Position numbers and translations under genes: made by a program. 64,000 nt of DNA from Macrostomum lignano (Eukaryota), in NCBI GenBank assembly GCA_002269645.1, contig NIVC01000319.1:62001-126000 (forward strand), written 5' to 3'. Positions within the stretch are counted from its first letter, which is position 1; every line of letters begins with the position of its first letter. The notes under the pieces are model-generated. The model searched no databases and was not told the DNA's origin. It saw nothing but the letters and a program-made list of their open reading frames with translations. Below, piece by piece: positions 9,646 through 21,839 of the stretch.

Positions 9646-12600
9646 ATGCCACTAGAAGCAGTGCAGCAGCAACAGAAATTGTTCCAGCAGCAGTTGCTTC
9701 TGCAGGAGCAGCAATATTCGCAGGAGCAGCAGCAGCAGGCAGGCAGTCCAATGCTGGGGTCCCTCGCCGCCGATCCCTCACTGCTCAACCCTGCCGCCTC
9801 CATCACGGCTGTCGCCGCTGCCTCTGCAGCCGCGGCCTCCCAGCGGATGCAGGGCCGCAGCGGCTGCAGGTGGCGCATCAGACAGCGGAAGCAGCAATTG
9901 GCTGAGCAGGAGCAGCAGACTCCTCTGGTGAAGCAGCAGCCAGACGAAGAAGACGACAAGCCGCTGGAGCTGGCCAAGAATCTCGGCGGCTGCTTGAACG
10001 CCTACGCCGAGGCTGGCGACCTGGCCCAGGTGAGCAGCCTGCTGGAGTCCAACGTGCCGCACTCCAGCGACTGGCTGGGCTTCACTGCCTTGCACCAGGC
10101 CGCCCGGAGCGGCCACCTGGCCATCTGCCGCCGCCTGCTGGCCCACAGCTTCCAGGCCGATGCGCGCAATAAAGTGGGCCGCACCCCGCTGCACCTGGCC
10201 GCGGCGGGCGGGCACGGCGATGTTGCCAGGCTGCTGCTGGACTCCGGGGCGGATCCGGACAGCGAGGACTTCCTGCGCAACCGGCCGCTGCACTGCGCCT
10301 GCCAGGGCAACTGGTAGGTGGATTGGGAAATGACTGACAGGCTTGTGTCAGATATTCACAGATTGGTCTGACAGGCTTGTGTCAGATGTTCACTGATTGG
10401 TCAGATGTTCACTGATTGGTCTGACAGGCTTGTGTCAGATGTTCACTGATTGGTCAGATGTTCACTGATTGGTCTGACAGGCTTGTGTCAGATGTTCACT
10501 GATTGGTCTGACAGGCTTGTGTCAGATGTTCTCTGGATGGTCTGACAGGATTGTGTCAGATGTTCACTGATTGGTCTGACAGGATTGTGTCAGATGTTCA
10601 CTGGTTGGTCTGACAGGCTTGTGTCAGATATTCTCTGATTGGTCTGACAGGCTTGTGTCAGATGTTCTCTGATTGGTCTGACAGGCTTGTGTCAGATATT
10701 CTCTGATTGGTCTGACAGGCTTGTGTCAGATGTTCACTGATTGGCCTGACAGGCTTGTGTCAGATATTCACTGATTGGTCTGACAGGCTTGTGTCAGATG
10801 TTCACTGGTTGGTCTGACAGGCTTGTGTCAGATATTCACTGATTGGTCTGACAGGCTTGTGTCAGATATTCACTGATTGGTCTGACAGGCTTGTGTCAGA
10901 TATTCTCTGATTGGTCTGACAGGCTTGTGTCAGATATTCACTGATTGGTCTGACAGGCTTGTGTCAGATGTTCACTGATTGGTCAGATATTCACAGATTG
11001 GTCTGACAGGCTTGTGTCAGATGTTCACTGATTGGTCTGACAGGCTTGTGTCAGATATTCACTGATTGGTCTGACAGGCTTGTGTCAGATATTCACTGAT
11101 TGGTCTGACAGGCTTGTGTCAGATATTCACTGATTGGTCTGACAGGCTTGTGTCAGATGTTCACTGATTGGTCAGATATTCACAGATTGGTCTGACAGGC
11201 TTGTGTCAGATGTTCACTGATTGGTCAGATGTTCACTGATTGGTCTGACAGGATTGTGTTAGATTTTCACTGATTGGTCAGATGTTCACTGATTGGTCTG
11301 ACAGGCTTGTGTCAGATGTTCACTGATTGGTCTGACAGGATTGTGTTAGATTTTCACTGATTGGTCTGACAGGATTGTGTCAGATGTTCACTGATTGGTC
11401 TGACAGGATTGTGTCAGATGTTCACTGGTTGGTCTGACAGGCTTGTGTCAGATATTCTCTGATTGGTCTGACAGGCTTGTGTCAGATATTCGCTGATTGG
11501 TCTGACAGGCTTGTGTCAGATGTTCTCTGATTGGTCTGACAGGATTGTGTCAGATATTGACAGTCTGAAAGGGTTGTGTCAGATATTCACAGCCTGACAG
11601 GATTGTGTCATATTCACAGTCTGACAGGATTGTGTCAGATATTCACAGTCTGACAGGATTGTGTCAGATATTCACAGTCTGACAGGATTGTGTCAGATAT
11701 TCACAGTCTGACAGGATTGTGTCAGATATTCACAGTCTGACAGGATTGTGTCAGATATTCAGTCTGACAGGATTGTGTCAGAGGTGACACCCGCCATCCC
11801 CATTCCCGCGTCCCCAGGCCGGCCATTGTGGACTTGCTGCTGCGGGCGGGCGCACAGCACAGCCCGGTGAACAAGTTCGGCCAGACGCCCCTGCAGGTGG
11901 CCGAGTCGCTGGGCCACGCCGGCCTGGGCTGCGCCGCGCTGCTGTCCGACTTCGCCACAAACGGCAGCCGGTCTCTGGGCCCGCCCGTCGTCGAACCTGG
12001 CTGCATCGACGTCGACGAATCGCTGACGGAGGCCTGCCGCTGGCCGGGCGTTGACGACGCCACCGACGCAGGTCTGGGGCTGCTGGACGACCTTGGTGAC
12101 ATCCAGTTCGAGCAGCCGGCTGAGTCTTCACTGCAGCAGCAGGCCGAGAGCGATTCGCCAGCTTCAGCGGCTTCATCGGCCACATCTGCCACGTCCGGGC
12201 TGGAGCTGCGGATGCGGCTGCAGGAGCTGGCAGATCAGGGGAATGGCGACCCGCTGTCCGTCTGGCTGCCTGCCGGCTGCGGGATCGCCCAGGTTCGGCT
12301 GGGTGCTCATCTCAGTGTGACGGGCTGGGTGCTCATCTCAGTGTGACGGGCTGGGTGCTCATCTCAGTGTGACGGGCTGGGTGCTCATCTCAGAGTGACC
12401 GGGCTGGGTGCTTATCTCAGTGTGACGGGCTGGGTGTTCATCTTAGTGTGACCGGGCTGGGTGCTCATCTCAGAGTGACCGGGCTGGGTGCTCATCTCAG
12501 TGTGACGGGCTGGGTGCTCATCTCAGTGTGACGGGCTGGGTGCTCATCTCAGAGTGACCGGGCTGGGTGCTCATCTCAGAGCTCTGTGACCGGGCTGGGT

Positions 12601-14379
12601 GCTCATCTCATAGCTCTGTGACCGGGCTGGGTGCTCATCTCAGTGTGACCGGGCTGGGTGCTCATCTCAGAGTGACCGGGCTGGGTGCTCATCTCAGAGC
12701 TCTGTGACCGGGCTGGGTGCTCATCTCAGTGTGACCGGGCTGGGTGCTCATCTCAGAGTGACCGGGCTGGGTGCTCATCTCAGTGCTCTGTGACCGGGCT
12801 GGGTGCTCATCTCAGTGTGACCGGGCTGGGTGCTCATCTCAGAGTGACCGGGCTGGGTGCTCATCTCAGAGCTCTGTGACCGGGCTGGGTGCTCATCTCA
12901 GAGTGACCGGGCTGGGTGCTCATCTCAGAGCTCTGTGACCGGGCTGGGTGCTCATCTCAGTGTGACCGGGCTGGGTGCTCATCTCAGAGTGACCGGGCTG
13001 GGTGCTCATCTCAGAGCTCTGTGACCGGGCTGGGTGCTCATCTCAGTGTGACCGGGCTGGGTGCTCATCTCAGTGTGATCGGGCTGGGTGCTCATCTCAG
13101 TGCTCTGTGACCGGGCTGGGTGCTCATCTCAGTGTGACGGGCTGGGTGCTCATCTCAGTGTGACGGGCTGGGTGCTCATCTCAGAGTGACCGGGCTGGGT
13201 GCTTATCTCAGTGTGACGGGCTGGGTGTTCATCTTAGTGTGACCGGGCTGGGTGCTCATCTCAGAGTGACCGGGCTGGGTGCTCATCTCAGTGTGACGGG
13301 CTGGGTGCTCATCTCAGTGTGACGGGCTGGGTGCTCATCTCAGAGTGACCGGGCTGGGTGCTCATCTCAGAGCTCTGTGACCGGGCTGGGTGCTCATCTC
13401 ATAGCTCTGTGACCGGGCTGGGTGCTCATCTCAGAGTGACCGGGCTGGGTGCTCATCTCAGAGCTCTGTGACCGGGCTGGGTGCTCATCTCAGTGTGACC
13501 GGGCTGGGTGCTCATCTCAGAGTGACCGGGCTGGGTGCTCATCTCAGAGCTCTGTGACCGGGCTGGGTGCTCATCTCAGTGTGACCGGGCTGGGTGCTCA
13601 TCTCAGAGTGACCGGGCTGGGTGCTCATCTCAGAGCTCTGTGACCGGGCTGGGTGCTCATCTCAGAGCTCTGTGACCGGGCTGGGTGCTCATCTCAGAGT
13701 GACCGGGCTGGGTGCTCATCTCAGAGCTCTGTGACCGGGCTGGGTGCTCATCTCAGTGTGACCGGGCTGGGTGCTCATCTCAGAGTGACCGGGCTGGGTG
13801 CTCATCTCAGAGCTCTGTGACCGGGCTGGGTGCTCATCTCAGTGTGACCGGGCTGGGTGCTCATCTCAGAGTGACCGGGCTGGGTGCTCATCTCAGAGCT
13901 CTGTGACCGGGCTGGGTGCTCATCTCAGTGTGACCGGGCTGGGTGCTCATCTCAGTGTGATCGGGCTGGGTGCTCATCTCAGTGCTCTGTGACCGGGCTG
14001 GGTGCTCATCTCAGTGTGACCGGGCTGAGTGCTCATCTCAGTGTGACCGGGCTGGGTGCTCCTCTCAGTGCTCTATGACCGGGCTGGGTGCTCATCTCAG
14101 TGCTCTGTGACCGCATGGGCGCCATCAAGAAGGCCGTGACGCCTGTGTGACAAAGCTCCCCCAAACAATATTTTCCAGGTGCCCGCCCACCTGTCGAGCC
14201 TGGGCCTGCGCGTGACGGCAATGTACGGGTCGTCTCTGCTGGGCTGGTTTTATGACACCGACGGCTCCGTTGTGAACCTGCGTGCCACTCACGAGGAATC
14301 GGCCTCGCGCCTGGTTGTGTCCGCGTTCCGGGTCGACTGCCAGCTGCTGGAGCACCTGCAGTCCTGCTCGGAGTCCTAG
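9646..14379 (+). CDS. GABPB: Ankyrin-repeat protein, GA-binding protein beta-like
   Basis: Exons 9646-10313, 11818-12292, 14179-14379 join in frame via GT-AG introns. Ankyrin motifs [43 protein letters not shown] match the GABPB1 pattern (DWLGTSPLH, KVDRTPLH, KFCKTA). N-terminal polyQ extension. Confidence 0.8.
10335..11782. repeat. Intronic minisatellite, 34-bp unit gattggtctgacaggcttgtgtcagatattcact
   Basis: Fills GABPB-like intron 1. The unit holds a 7-bp inverted repeat (tctgaca/tgtcaga) and shortens to about 28 bp at the 3' end. Confidence 0.97.
12296..14112. repeat. Intronic minisatellite, 26-31-bp unit gtgaccgggctgggtgctcatctcag(a/t)
   Basis: Starts within a few nt of the donor at 12293 and fills GABPB-like intron 2. 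Confidence 0.97.
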
Positions 14380-14544
14380 CAGGGCCTAACTGGACTGCCC
14401 CCGCCCGCCCTTGTACTGGCTCAGTGCTGGAGCTCTGACTCAAGCTTTTCAATTCACTCTCGCTTTGGTTGAAAATTGTTCTTGTTAGGGTCTCCTGGTC
14501 AGGTTTTTGGTGCCTCTGTGGATGATTACAATATTACAAGAACT

Positions 14545-15075
14545 GGGACCCCTGACCATCAGAATCGGGACCCCTGACCATCAGAAACAGGACCCCTGTA
14601 CATTAGAGTCGGGACCCCTGACCATTAGAATAAGTGCGCCTGACCATTAGAATCAGGACTCACTGACCATTAAAATCGGGACCCCTGACCATCAGAATAT
14701 GTGCGCCTGACCATCAGAATATGTGCGCCTGACCATCAGAATCGGTACCCCTGACCATCAGAATCGGTACCCCTGACCATCAGAATCGGGACCCCTGACC
14801 ATCAGAAACAGGACCCCTGACCATCAGAATCGGGACCCCTGACCATCAGAATCGGTACCCCTGACCATCAGAATCGGGACTCCCTGACCATCAGAATCGG
14901 GACCCCTGACCATCAGAATCGGGACCCCTGACCATCAGAATCGGTACCCCTGACCATCAGAATCGGGACCCCTGACCATCAGAAACAGGACCCCTGACCA
15001 TCAGAATCGGGACCCCTGACCATCAGAATCGGTACCCCTGACCATCAGAATCGGGACTCCCTGACCATCAGAATC
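14545..15075. repeat. Minisatellite, 22-bp unit gacccctgaccatcagaatcgg
   Basis: Direct tandem copies downstream of the GABPB-like stop. Confidence 0.95.
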
Positions 15076-15455
15076 GTCAGGAATCGTTCTCTGCCTTTTG
15101 ATCCAACCCGTAACTTGCTTGCAAACTTGAGCTGCCATACTGTACACCCAAACTTGCAATCACAAAGAGCTCAGCAGTGCTGCCTTGATCAATCTTATTG
15201 CACCAGTAGATCTATGATGAAATGCTTTAGGCTTATGCTCACCTGCGCTGCATTTGGCCTGGTTATTATTTGGGACGCGGCAGATCAGCAAATGGAATAC
15301 AAGAAATATACTGTTTTATTTTGTCAGCCAGCTTTCCATCTCTGTGACTTGGAAATTATTAATATTTGCACATCTAGACAGGTTTATTAATATTGAAAAT
15401 TGCCTTGTGTCTGCCTTTGTTTTCTCGGCTTGCTGTATCCAAGACCGTTTGGTAA

Positions 15456-16485
15456 CCTGATCTATTAGACTGTGGCACCTTGATCTATTAGACTGTGGCA
15501 CCCTGATCTATTAGACTGTGGCACCTTGATCTATTAGACTATGGCACCCTGATCTATTAGACTGTGGCACCTTAATCTATTAGACTGTGGCACCCTGATC
15601 TATTAGACTATGGCACCCTGATCTATTAGACTGTGGCACCTTGATCTATTAGACTGTGGCACCTTGATCTATTAGACTGTGGCACCTTGATCTATTAGAC
15701 TGTGGCACCCTGATCTATTAGACTGTGGCACCTTGATCTATTAGACTGTGGCACCTTGATCTATTAGACTATGGCACCCTGATCTATTAGACTATAGCAC
15801 CTTGATCTATTAGATTGTGGCACTCTGAGCTATTAGACTATGGCACCCTGATCTAATAGACTATGGCACCCTGATCTAATAGACTATGGCACCCTGATCT
15901 ATTAGACTGTGGCACCCTGATCTATTAGACTGTGGCACCCTGATCTATTAGACTATGGCACCCTGATCTATTAGACTGTGGCACCTTGATCTATTAGACT
16001 GTGGCACCTTGATCTATTAGACTGTGGCACCTTGATCTATTAGACTGTGGCACCCTGATCTATTAGACTGTGGCACCTTGATCTATTAGACTGTGGCACC
16101 TTGATCTATTAGACTATGGCACCCTGATCTATTAGACTATAGCACCTTGATCTATTAGATTGTGGCACTCTGAGCTATTAGACTATGGCACCCTGATCTA
16201 ATAGACTATGGCACCCTGATCTAATAGACTATGGCACCCTGATCTATTAGACTATGGGACCCTGATCTATTAGTCTATGGGACCCTGATCTATAAGACTA
16301 TGGGACCCTGATCTGTAAGACTATGGGACCCTGATCTATAAGACTATGGGACCCTGATCTATAAGACTATGAGACCCTGATCTGTAAGACTATGGGACCC
16401 TGATCTATAAGACTATGGGACCCTGATCTATAAGACTATGGGACCCTGATCTATAAGACTATGGGACCCTGATCTATTAGTCTAT
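15456..16485. repeat. Minisatellite, 23-bp unit ccctgatctattagactgtggca
   Basis: Direct tandem copies upstream of GTPBP6. Begins right after a possible donor (g|gtaacc) and may lie in a 5' intron or outron. Confidence 0.95.
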
Positions 16486-16654
16486 GACTAATAGTCTGGA
16501 ATCTCTGGATTAGTCTATGGACTCATCTCTTAGACAGTGGAACCCTGATCTATTAGATCCAGTGTCCATAATCCATTAGACTTCGTGAGACATTCTCGTA
16601 CATATTGAAATTGGATGTTGACACGAGTCCGGCCTCTTCTCTACAAGAAATGTT

Positions 16655-19600
16655 TTGTCCCAAAAGCGGTCTAGTTTATCCCATTGCGATCTGCATCTAG
16701 CAGAACCGCTGGCTCTGAGCAAATCCGTTCTACGGGATCTCAGGGGATTTTTTGATCCTACCGCACTGCAGCTTCTCGCAGCTCAGTCCTGCCGCCGCTG
16801 CCAGCGCCTTCGGCCGCAGCTGCCGCGTCGCTGGCACAGCGTCTTGATCGTCCAGCCTCTGCGCCGGAAGCTGCGGGGCCACCGGGACTCGGTGCCACCG
16901 GAGCGGCAGCTGGCCGAGGCGCGCGCTCTGGTGAACTCCATCGATGGCTGGTCGGTGTCGGGCTGCCTCAGCGTCAACATGAAGCAGCGGACCCAGTGGG
17001 TGTTCACCAGCGGGGTGTACAGCCAACTCGCCAGCCAGGTGCGGCGCAGCGAGGCGACCGCCGTCTTCGTCAATGTGGCCATGCTGAGCGGCATGCAGGT
17101 GAGCTGGCTATGGATTGTTCACACATTTCTCTAGAATATTTACACATTTCTCTGGAATCTTCACACATTTTTCTGGATTGTTCACACATTTCTATGGATT
17201 GTGCACTTTTTTATTAGAGGCAGGGGGGTTGTGTGCACCCTGGCGCACTTTAAGCGACATAGGCACACAACCGGTGAGAGGCATTGCTGCCCATTCCGCC
17301 GACTCCCCTGAGCAGGCACACAAGCGCGCGGATACGTACGCAGGCACACACTCACACAGGAGTGTACAGCGGCCCTAACTTTATCTATCGTTAGGCATGT
17401 ACACTTCACTGCGCCTTGGGGGGTTGGCTCTCAAGGCCGTTAATTGCACGAGCAGAGCCAAGCCGAGATTCCAATTCAGCCCCAGATTAATGTGACCGCA
17501 CTTGGAATCGAGCCTGGGTCGCTGGCACACCAGAGCAGCTGCGCTACCGCTGGGCTACGGCCCCCCTATGGATTGTGCACACATTTCTATGAATTGTTCA
17601 CACATTTCTATGGATTATTCACACATTTCTATGGATTATTCACACATTTCTATGAATTGTTCACACATTTCTATGGATTTTTCATACATTTCTTTAAATT
17701 ATTCATTTTTTTCTAAATTATTAACACTTTCTTTGGATTGTTCACACATTTATCTGAATTGTGCAGACATTTCTCCAAATTATTCGCACGTTTCTCTAAA
17801 TTGTTCACACGTTTCTCTTGATTATTCACACATTTCTGTGGAATATTCACACATTTCTCTGGATAATTCACACATTTCTCTGGATTGTTCACACATTTCT
17901 CTGGATTGTTTACTAATTTGTGTATTCACATATTTCTTTGGATAGTTCACAGTCTTCTCTAGATTGTTCACGCATTTCCCAGTGTTCACACATTTATTTA
18001 GATTGTTCACGCATTTAGATTGTTCACACACCAGTCAAAAACCTCGCGCCCCTCCCGCCGCAGTCGTACAACCTGTCCGCGGAGTGGCGCCGGCCGGTGC
18101 TGGACCGCTACTCGGTGGCGCTGCAGGCATTCAACGACCGGGCGACCTCGCGCGAGTCCAAGCTGCAGATCCAGCTGGCCGAGATCCCCCTGCGTCTCGC
18201 CCGCACCGCCGTCGTCTCACCGGAGTCCGTGGCCGCCGGCCGGGCCGCCTCTGAGGCCACCGGCAGGCAGCGGGCCCTCGACGCCTTGGAGGCCGAGGCG
18301 GAGAGGCTGCGGGCGGCACTGGCTGACATCGAGGCCAGGAAGACCGCGAAGGGGGAGGCGCGGCGGCGACAGGTGAGAGAAAGGGTTGGAGATGCAGGGT
18401 GAGGGAAAGGGTTGGGGATGCAGGGTGAGGGAAAGGGTTGGGGATGCAGGGTGAGGGAAAGGGTTGGGGATGCAGGGTGAGGGAAAGGGTTGGGGATGCA
18501 GGGTGAGGGAAAGGGTTGGGGATGCAGGGTGAGGGAAAGGGTTGGAGATGCAGGGTGAGGGAAAGGGTTGGGGATGCAGGGTGAGGGAAAGGGTTGGAGA
18601 TGCAGGGTGAGGGAAAGGGTTGGGGATGCAGGGTGAGGGAAAGGGTTGGGGATGCAGGGTGAGGGAAAGGGTTGGGGATGCAGGGTGAGGGAAAGGGTTG
18701 GGGATGCAGGGTGAGGGAAAGGGTTGGGGATGCAGGGTGAGGGAAAGGGTTGGGGATGCAGGGTGAGGGAAAGGGTTGGGGATGCAGGGTGAGGGAAAGG
18801 GTTGGGGATGCAGGGTGAGAGAAGGGGTTGGGGATGCAGGGTGAGGGAAGGGGTTGGGGATGCAGGGTGATGGAAGGGGTTGGGGATGCAGGGTGAGGGA
18901 AGGGGTTGGGGATGCAGGGTGTGAAAAGGGGTTGGGGATGCAGGGTGAGAGAAAGGGTTGGGGATGCAGGGTGAGAGAAGGGGTTGGGGATGCAGGGTGT
19001 GAGAAGGGGTTGGGGATGCAGGGTGTGAGAAGGGGTTGGGGATGCAGGGTGAGGGAAGGGGTTGGGGATGCAGGGTGAGGGAAAGGGTTGGGGATGCAGG
19101 GTGAGGGAAGGGGTTGGGGATGCAGGGTGAGGGAAGGGGTTGGGGATGCAGGGTGAGGGAAGGGGTTGGGGATGCAGGGTGAGGGAAGGGGTTGGGGATG
19201 CAGGGTGAGGGAATGGTTGGGGATGCAGGGTGTGAGAAGGGGTTGGGGATGCAGGGTGAGGGAAGGGGTTGGGGATGCAGGGTGAGGGAAAGGGTTGGGG
19301 ATGCAGGGTGAGAGAAAGGGTTGGGGATGCAGGGTGAGAGAAAGGGTTGGGGATGCAGGGTGAGAGAAAGGGTTGGGGATGCAGGGTGAGAGAAAGGGTT
19401 GGGGATGCAGGGTGAGAGAAAGGGTTGGGGATGCAGGGTGAGAGAAAGGGTTGGGGATGCAGGGTGAGAGAAAGGGTTGGGGATGCAGGGTGAGAGAAAG
19501 GGTTGGGGATGCAGGGTGAGGGAAGGAAAAAATTCTTGAACCCAACCCATCTGTATTCGCAGGTGCCCACTGTGGCGGTGGTGGGCTACACCAACGCCGG

Positions 19601-20920
19601 CAAGACCTCCTTGGTGTCGCTGCTGGCCCGCAAGTCGTCTCTGCTGCCCGAGGACCGGCTGTTCGCCACCCTGCACAGCAGCCACCACCGCTGCCGCCTG
19701 CCGTGCGGCCTCCCCTGCCTGCTGGTGGACACCATCGGCTTCCTGTCCGACCTGCCCACCAGCCTGGTGGCTCCGTTCCGCTGCACCCTGCGCGACTCGC
19801 TGGACGCCGACCAGCTGCTCCACGTGGTCGACTGCAGCGATCCGGACTGGCCGGAACGGTGCCGGACAGTTTCGGACACGCTGGACAAACTCGGACTGTC
19901 CGAGAAGCTGCGCAACGGCATGCTGACGGTTTACAACAAGTGCGACCTGCTGCTGGACTCGGTGAGCGAGCCTGGGCTTTTCCCAGTCTGCTCTCATCTG
20001 CCCAGTGTGATCCCCTCTCCCCAGTCTGATCCCCTCTCCCCAGTGTGATCCCCTCTCCCCAGTCTGATCCCATCTCCCCAGTCTGATCCCATCTCCCCAG
20101 TCTGATCCCATCTCCCCAGTGATCCCATCTCCACAGTGTGATCCCCTCTCCCCAATGATCCCATCTCCCCAGTGTGATCCCCTCTCCCCAGTGATCCCAT
20201 CTCCACAGTGTGATCCCCTCTCCCCAGTCTGATCCCATCTCCCCAGTGTGATCCCCTCTCCCCAGTGATCCCATCTCCCCAGTGTGATCCCCTCTCCCCA
20301 GTCTGATCCCATCTCCCCAGTGATCCCATCTCCCCAGTGTGATCCCCTCTCCCCAGTGTGATCCCCTCTCCCCAGTGATCCCATCTCCACAGTGTGATCC
20401 CCTCTCCCCAGTCTGATCCCATCTCCCCAGTGTGATCCCCTCTCCCCAGTGATCCCATCTCCCCAGTGTGATCCCCTCTCCCCAGTGTGATCCCCTCTCC
20501 CCAGTCTGATCCCATCTCCCCAGTCTGATCCCATCTCCCCAGTGTGATCCCCTTTCCCGCAATCCCATTTTCCACCAGACTGACTCTGAGTCGCCGCCGC
20601 CTCCGCCAGAGGACTCGTTGCTGGTGTCATGCGAGACGGGGCTGAACCTGGTCGAGCTGCAGCGGCGGCTGCAGTCGCGGCTCATCTCCGGCCTGGGCTA
20701 CCAGCGCGTGCGTCTCCGCTGCTCCCCGGCCTCCCGGCTGTACACCTGGCTGGAGCAGCAGGGCGTGACTGTCGAGTCCGCAGTGCCCGCCAGCCAAGGC
20801 GGCGGCGATCAGCTGGCGATGCGGCTGCTGATGTCGCCGCAGCAGCTGGCCAAGTTCCGGGCCCGGTTCCGGCCAGCCGGGCAGGCGGAAGCTTCTGAGA
20901 GTGAAAATTCAGCCACTTAA
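16655..20920 (+). CDS. GTPBP6: HflX-family GTPase, GTP-binding protein 6
   Basis: Exons about 16655/16772-17098, 18064-18372, 19563-19961, 20579-20920 join in phase 0. Motifs: VLIVQP...QLAEARALVNSIDGWSV, VLDRYSVALQAFNDRATSRESKLQIQLAEIP, G1 VGYTNAGKTSL, LFATL, G3 DTIGF, G4 NKCD. The start codon could not be located, so the 5' coordinate is uncertain. Confidence 0.9.
17109..18030. repeat. Degenerate intronic minisatellite, about 21-bp unit ggattgttcacacatttctct, interrupted by a SINE
   Basis: GTPBP6 intron 1; repeated ttcacacatttct. Confidence 0.9.
17207..17565 (-). mobile_element. tRNA-derived SINE, copy 1 (about 360 bp, (TAA)n tail)
   Basis: Minus-strand head gggggccgtagcccagcggtagcgcagc...ggctcgattccaagtgcggtc has A-box (TAGCCCAGCGG) and B-box (GGCTCGATTCC) like motifs. 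15-bp TSD ctatggattgtgcac at 17192-17206 and 17566-17580. A second copy lies at 39141-39503. Confidence 0.9.
18373..19524. repeat. Intronic minisatellite, 26-bp unit gtgagggaaagggttggggatgcagg
   Basis: The first unit begins exactly at the donor of GTPBP6 intron 2; about 44 copies by length/unit. Confidence 0.97.
20000..20555. repeat. Intronic minisatellite, 17-19-bp unit t(c/g)tgatccc(c/a)tctccccag
   Basis: Fills GTPBP6 intron 3. Confidence 0.95.
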
Positions 20921-21224
20921 CCTGGGTGCCTTTCGGGTGCTCGAGAAGCATTTCATGTGCTTTGCGTGTTTCGTGTCCGCCTTTTGTACAGGATATGACT
21001 TGAATAAAATAAACCGAGACAAAAGCTGAGTTCGTTTCATTGAAAGCCAATTTGCATCGGAAATTAAATCCGCACCTCGTATGAAGAGGCAAATACGAGT
21101 TTATTTATTCTATACGTGAAAGTTCATTTCAAAGACCAGAATTCACAGCTTCACTGAATACTCTGGATTAACAGCGGGCAATCATGAAAACAGATTTCAA
21201 GCGAAAATCTTCATAGTTTGTGGG

Positions 21225-21705
21225 AGGTCTGGGGCGATTCCTAACAGCTGGTCTGGGGCGATTCCTGACAGCTGGTCTGGGGCGATTCCTAACAGCTGGT
21301 CTGGGGCGATTCCTGACAGCTGGTCTGGGGCGATTCTTGACAGCTAGGTCTGGGGCGATTCTTGACAGTTGGGTCTGGGGCGATTCCTGACAGCTGGTCT
21401 GGGGCGATTCCTAACAGCTGGTCTGGGGCGATTCTTGACAGCTGGTCTGGGGCGATTCTTGACAGCTAGGTCTGGGGCGATTCTTGACAGTTGGGTCTGG
21501 GGCGATTCTTGACAGCTGGGTCTGAGGCGATTTCTGACAGCTGGGTCTGGGGCGATTCTTGACAGCTGGGTCTGGGGCGATTCTGACAGCTGGAGAATAG
21601 ACCCAGCTGTATAGACCCATAGACCCAGCTGACCCAGCTGGCGATTCTGACAGCTGGGTCTATGGCGATTCCTGGCAGCTGGGTCTGGGGCGATTCTTCT
21701 GCGAT
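21225..21705. repeat. Minisatellite, 24-bp unit cagctggtctggggcgattc(c/t)tga
   Basis: Between the convergent 3' ends of GTPBP6 and SCFD2. Confidence 0.95.
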
Positions 21706-21839
21706 TGTCTTCAAGTTCTTATGAGAGCCTGTAGTGTCTGGGGCGATTATTTGGATTCAGTACAAGCAGTGGCACGGGAAAACAGAACATTGTGTCGCCA
21801 AGACTAGACAATACGGTTGCCATGGAAACAACAGCCAGG

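Noticed and set aside
10335-11782. CRISPR-like appearance (about 34-bp palindromic repeat)
   Set aside because: The units are contiguous with no unique spacers, lie in a spliceosomal intron, and no cas genes are present.
15115-15390. Small ORF with a hydrophobic N-terminus (MMKCFRLMLTCAAFGLVIIW...)
   Set aside because: AT-rich codon usage unlike the real exons, no recognisable family and no supporting splice structure; it could still be a UTR or upstream exon of GTPBP6.
17490-17565. Possible tRNA gene on the minus strand
   Set aside because: It has A/B boxes but no clean cloverleaf by eye, continues into a 290-nt body with a tail and TSD, and recurs at 39.1-39.5 kb, so it is a SINE head.
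18373-19524. Telomere-like TTGGGG repeats
   Set aside because: The hexamer is only part of a 26-bp unit within an intron and is not a tandem telomeric tract.
18108-20685. 840/822/479-aa minus-strand ORFs
   Set aside because: They run antisense through GTPBP6 exons and two intronic arrays; the repeats (PCIPNPF, GRGDHTGE) mirror the DNA unit.
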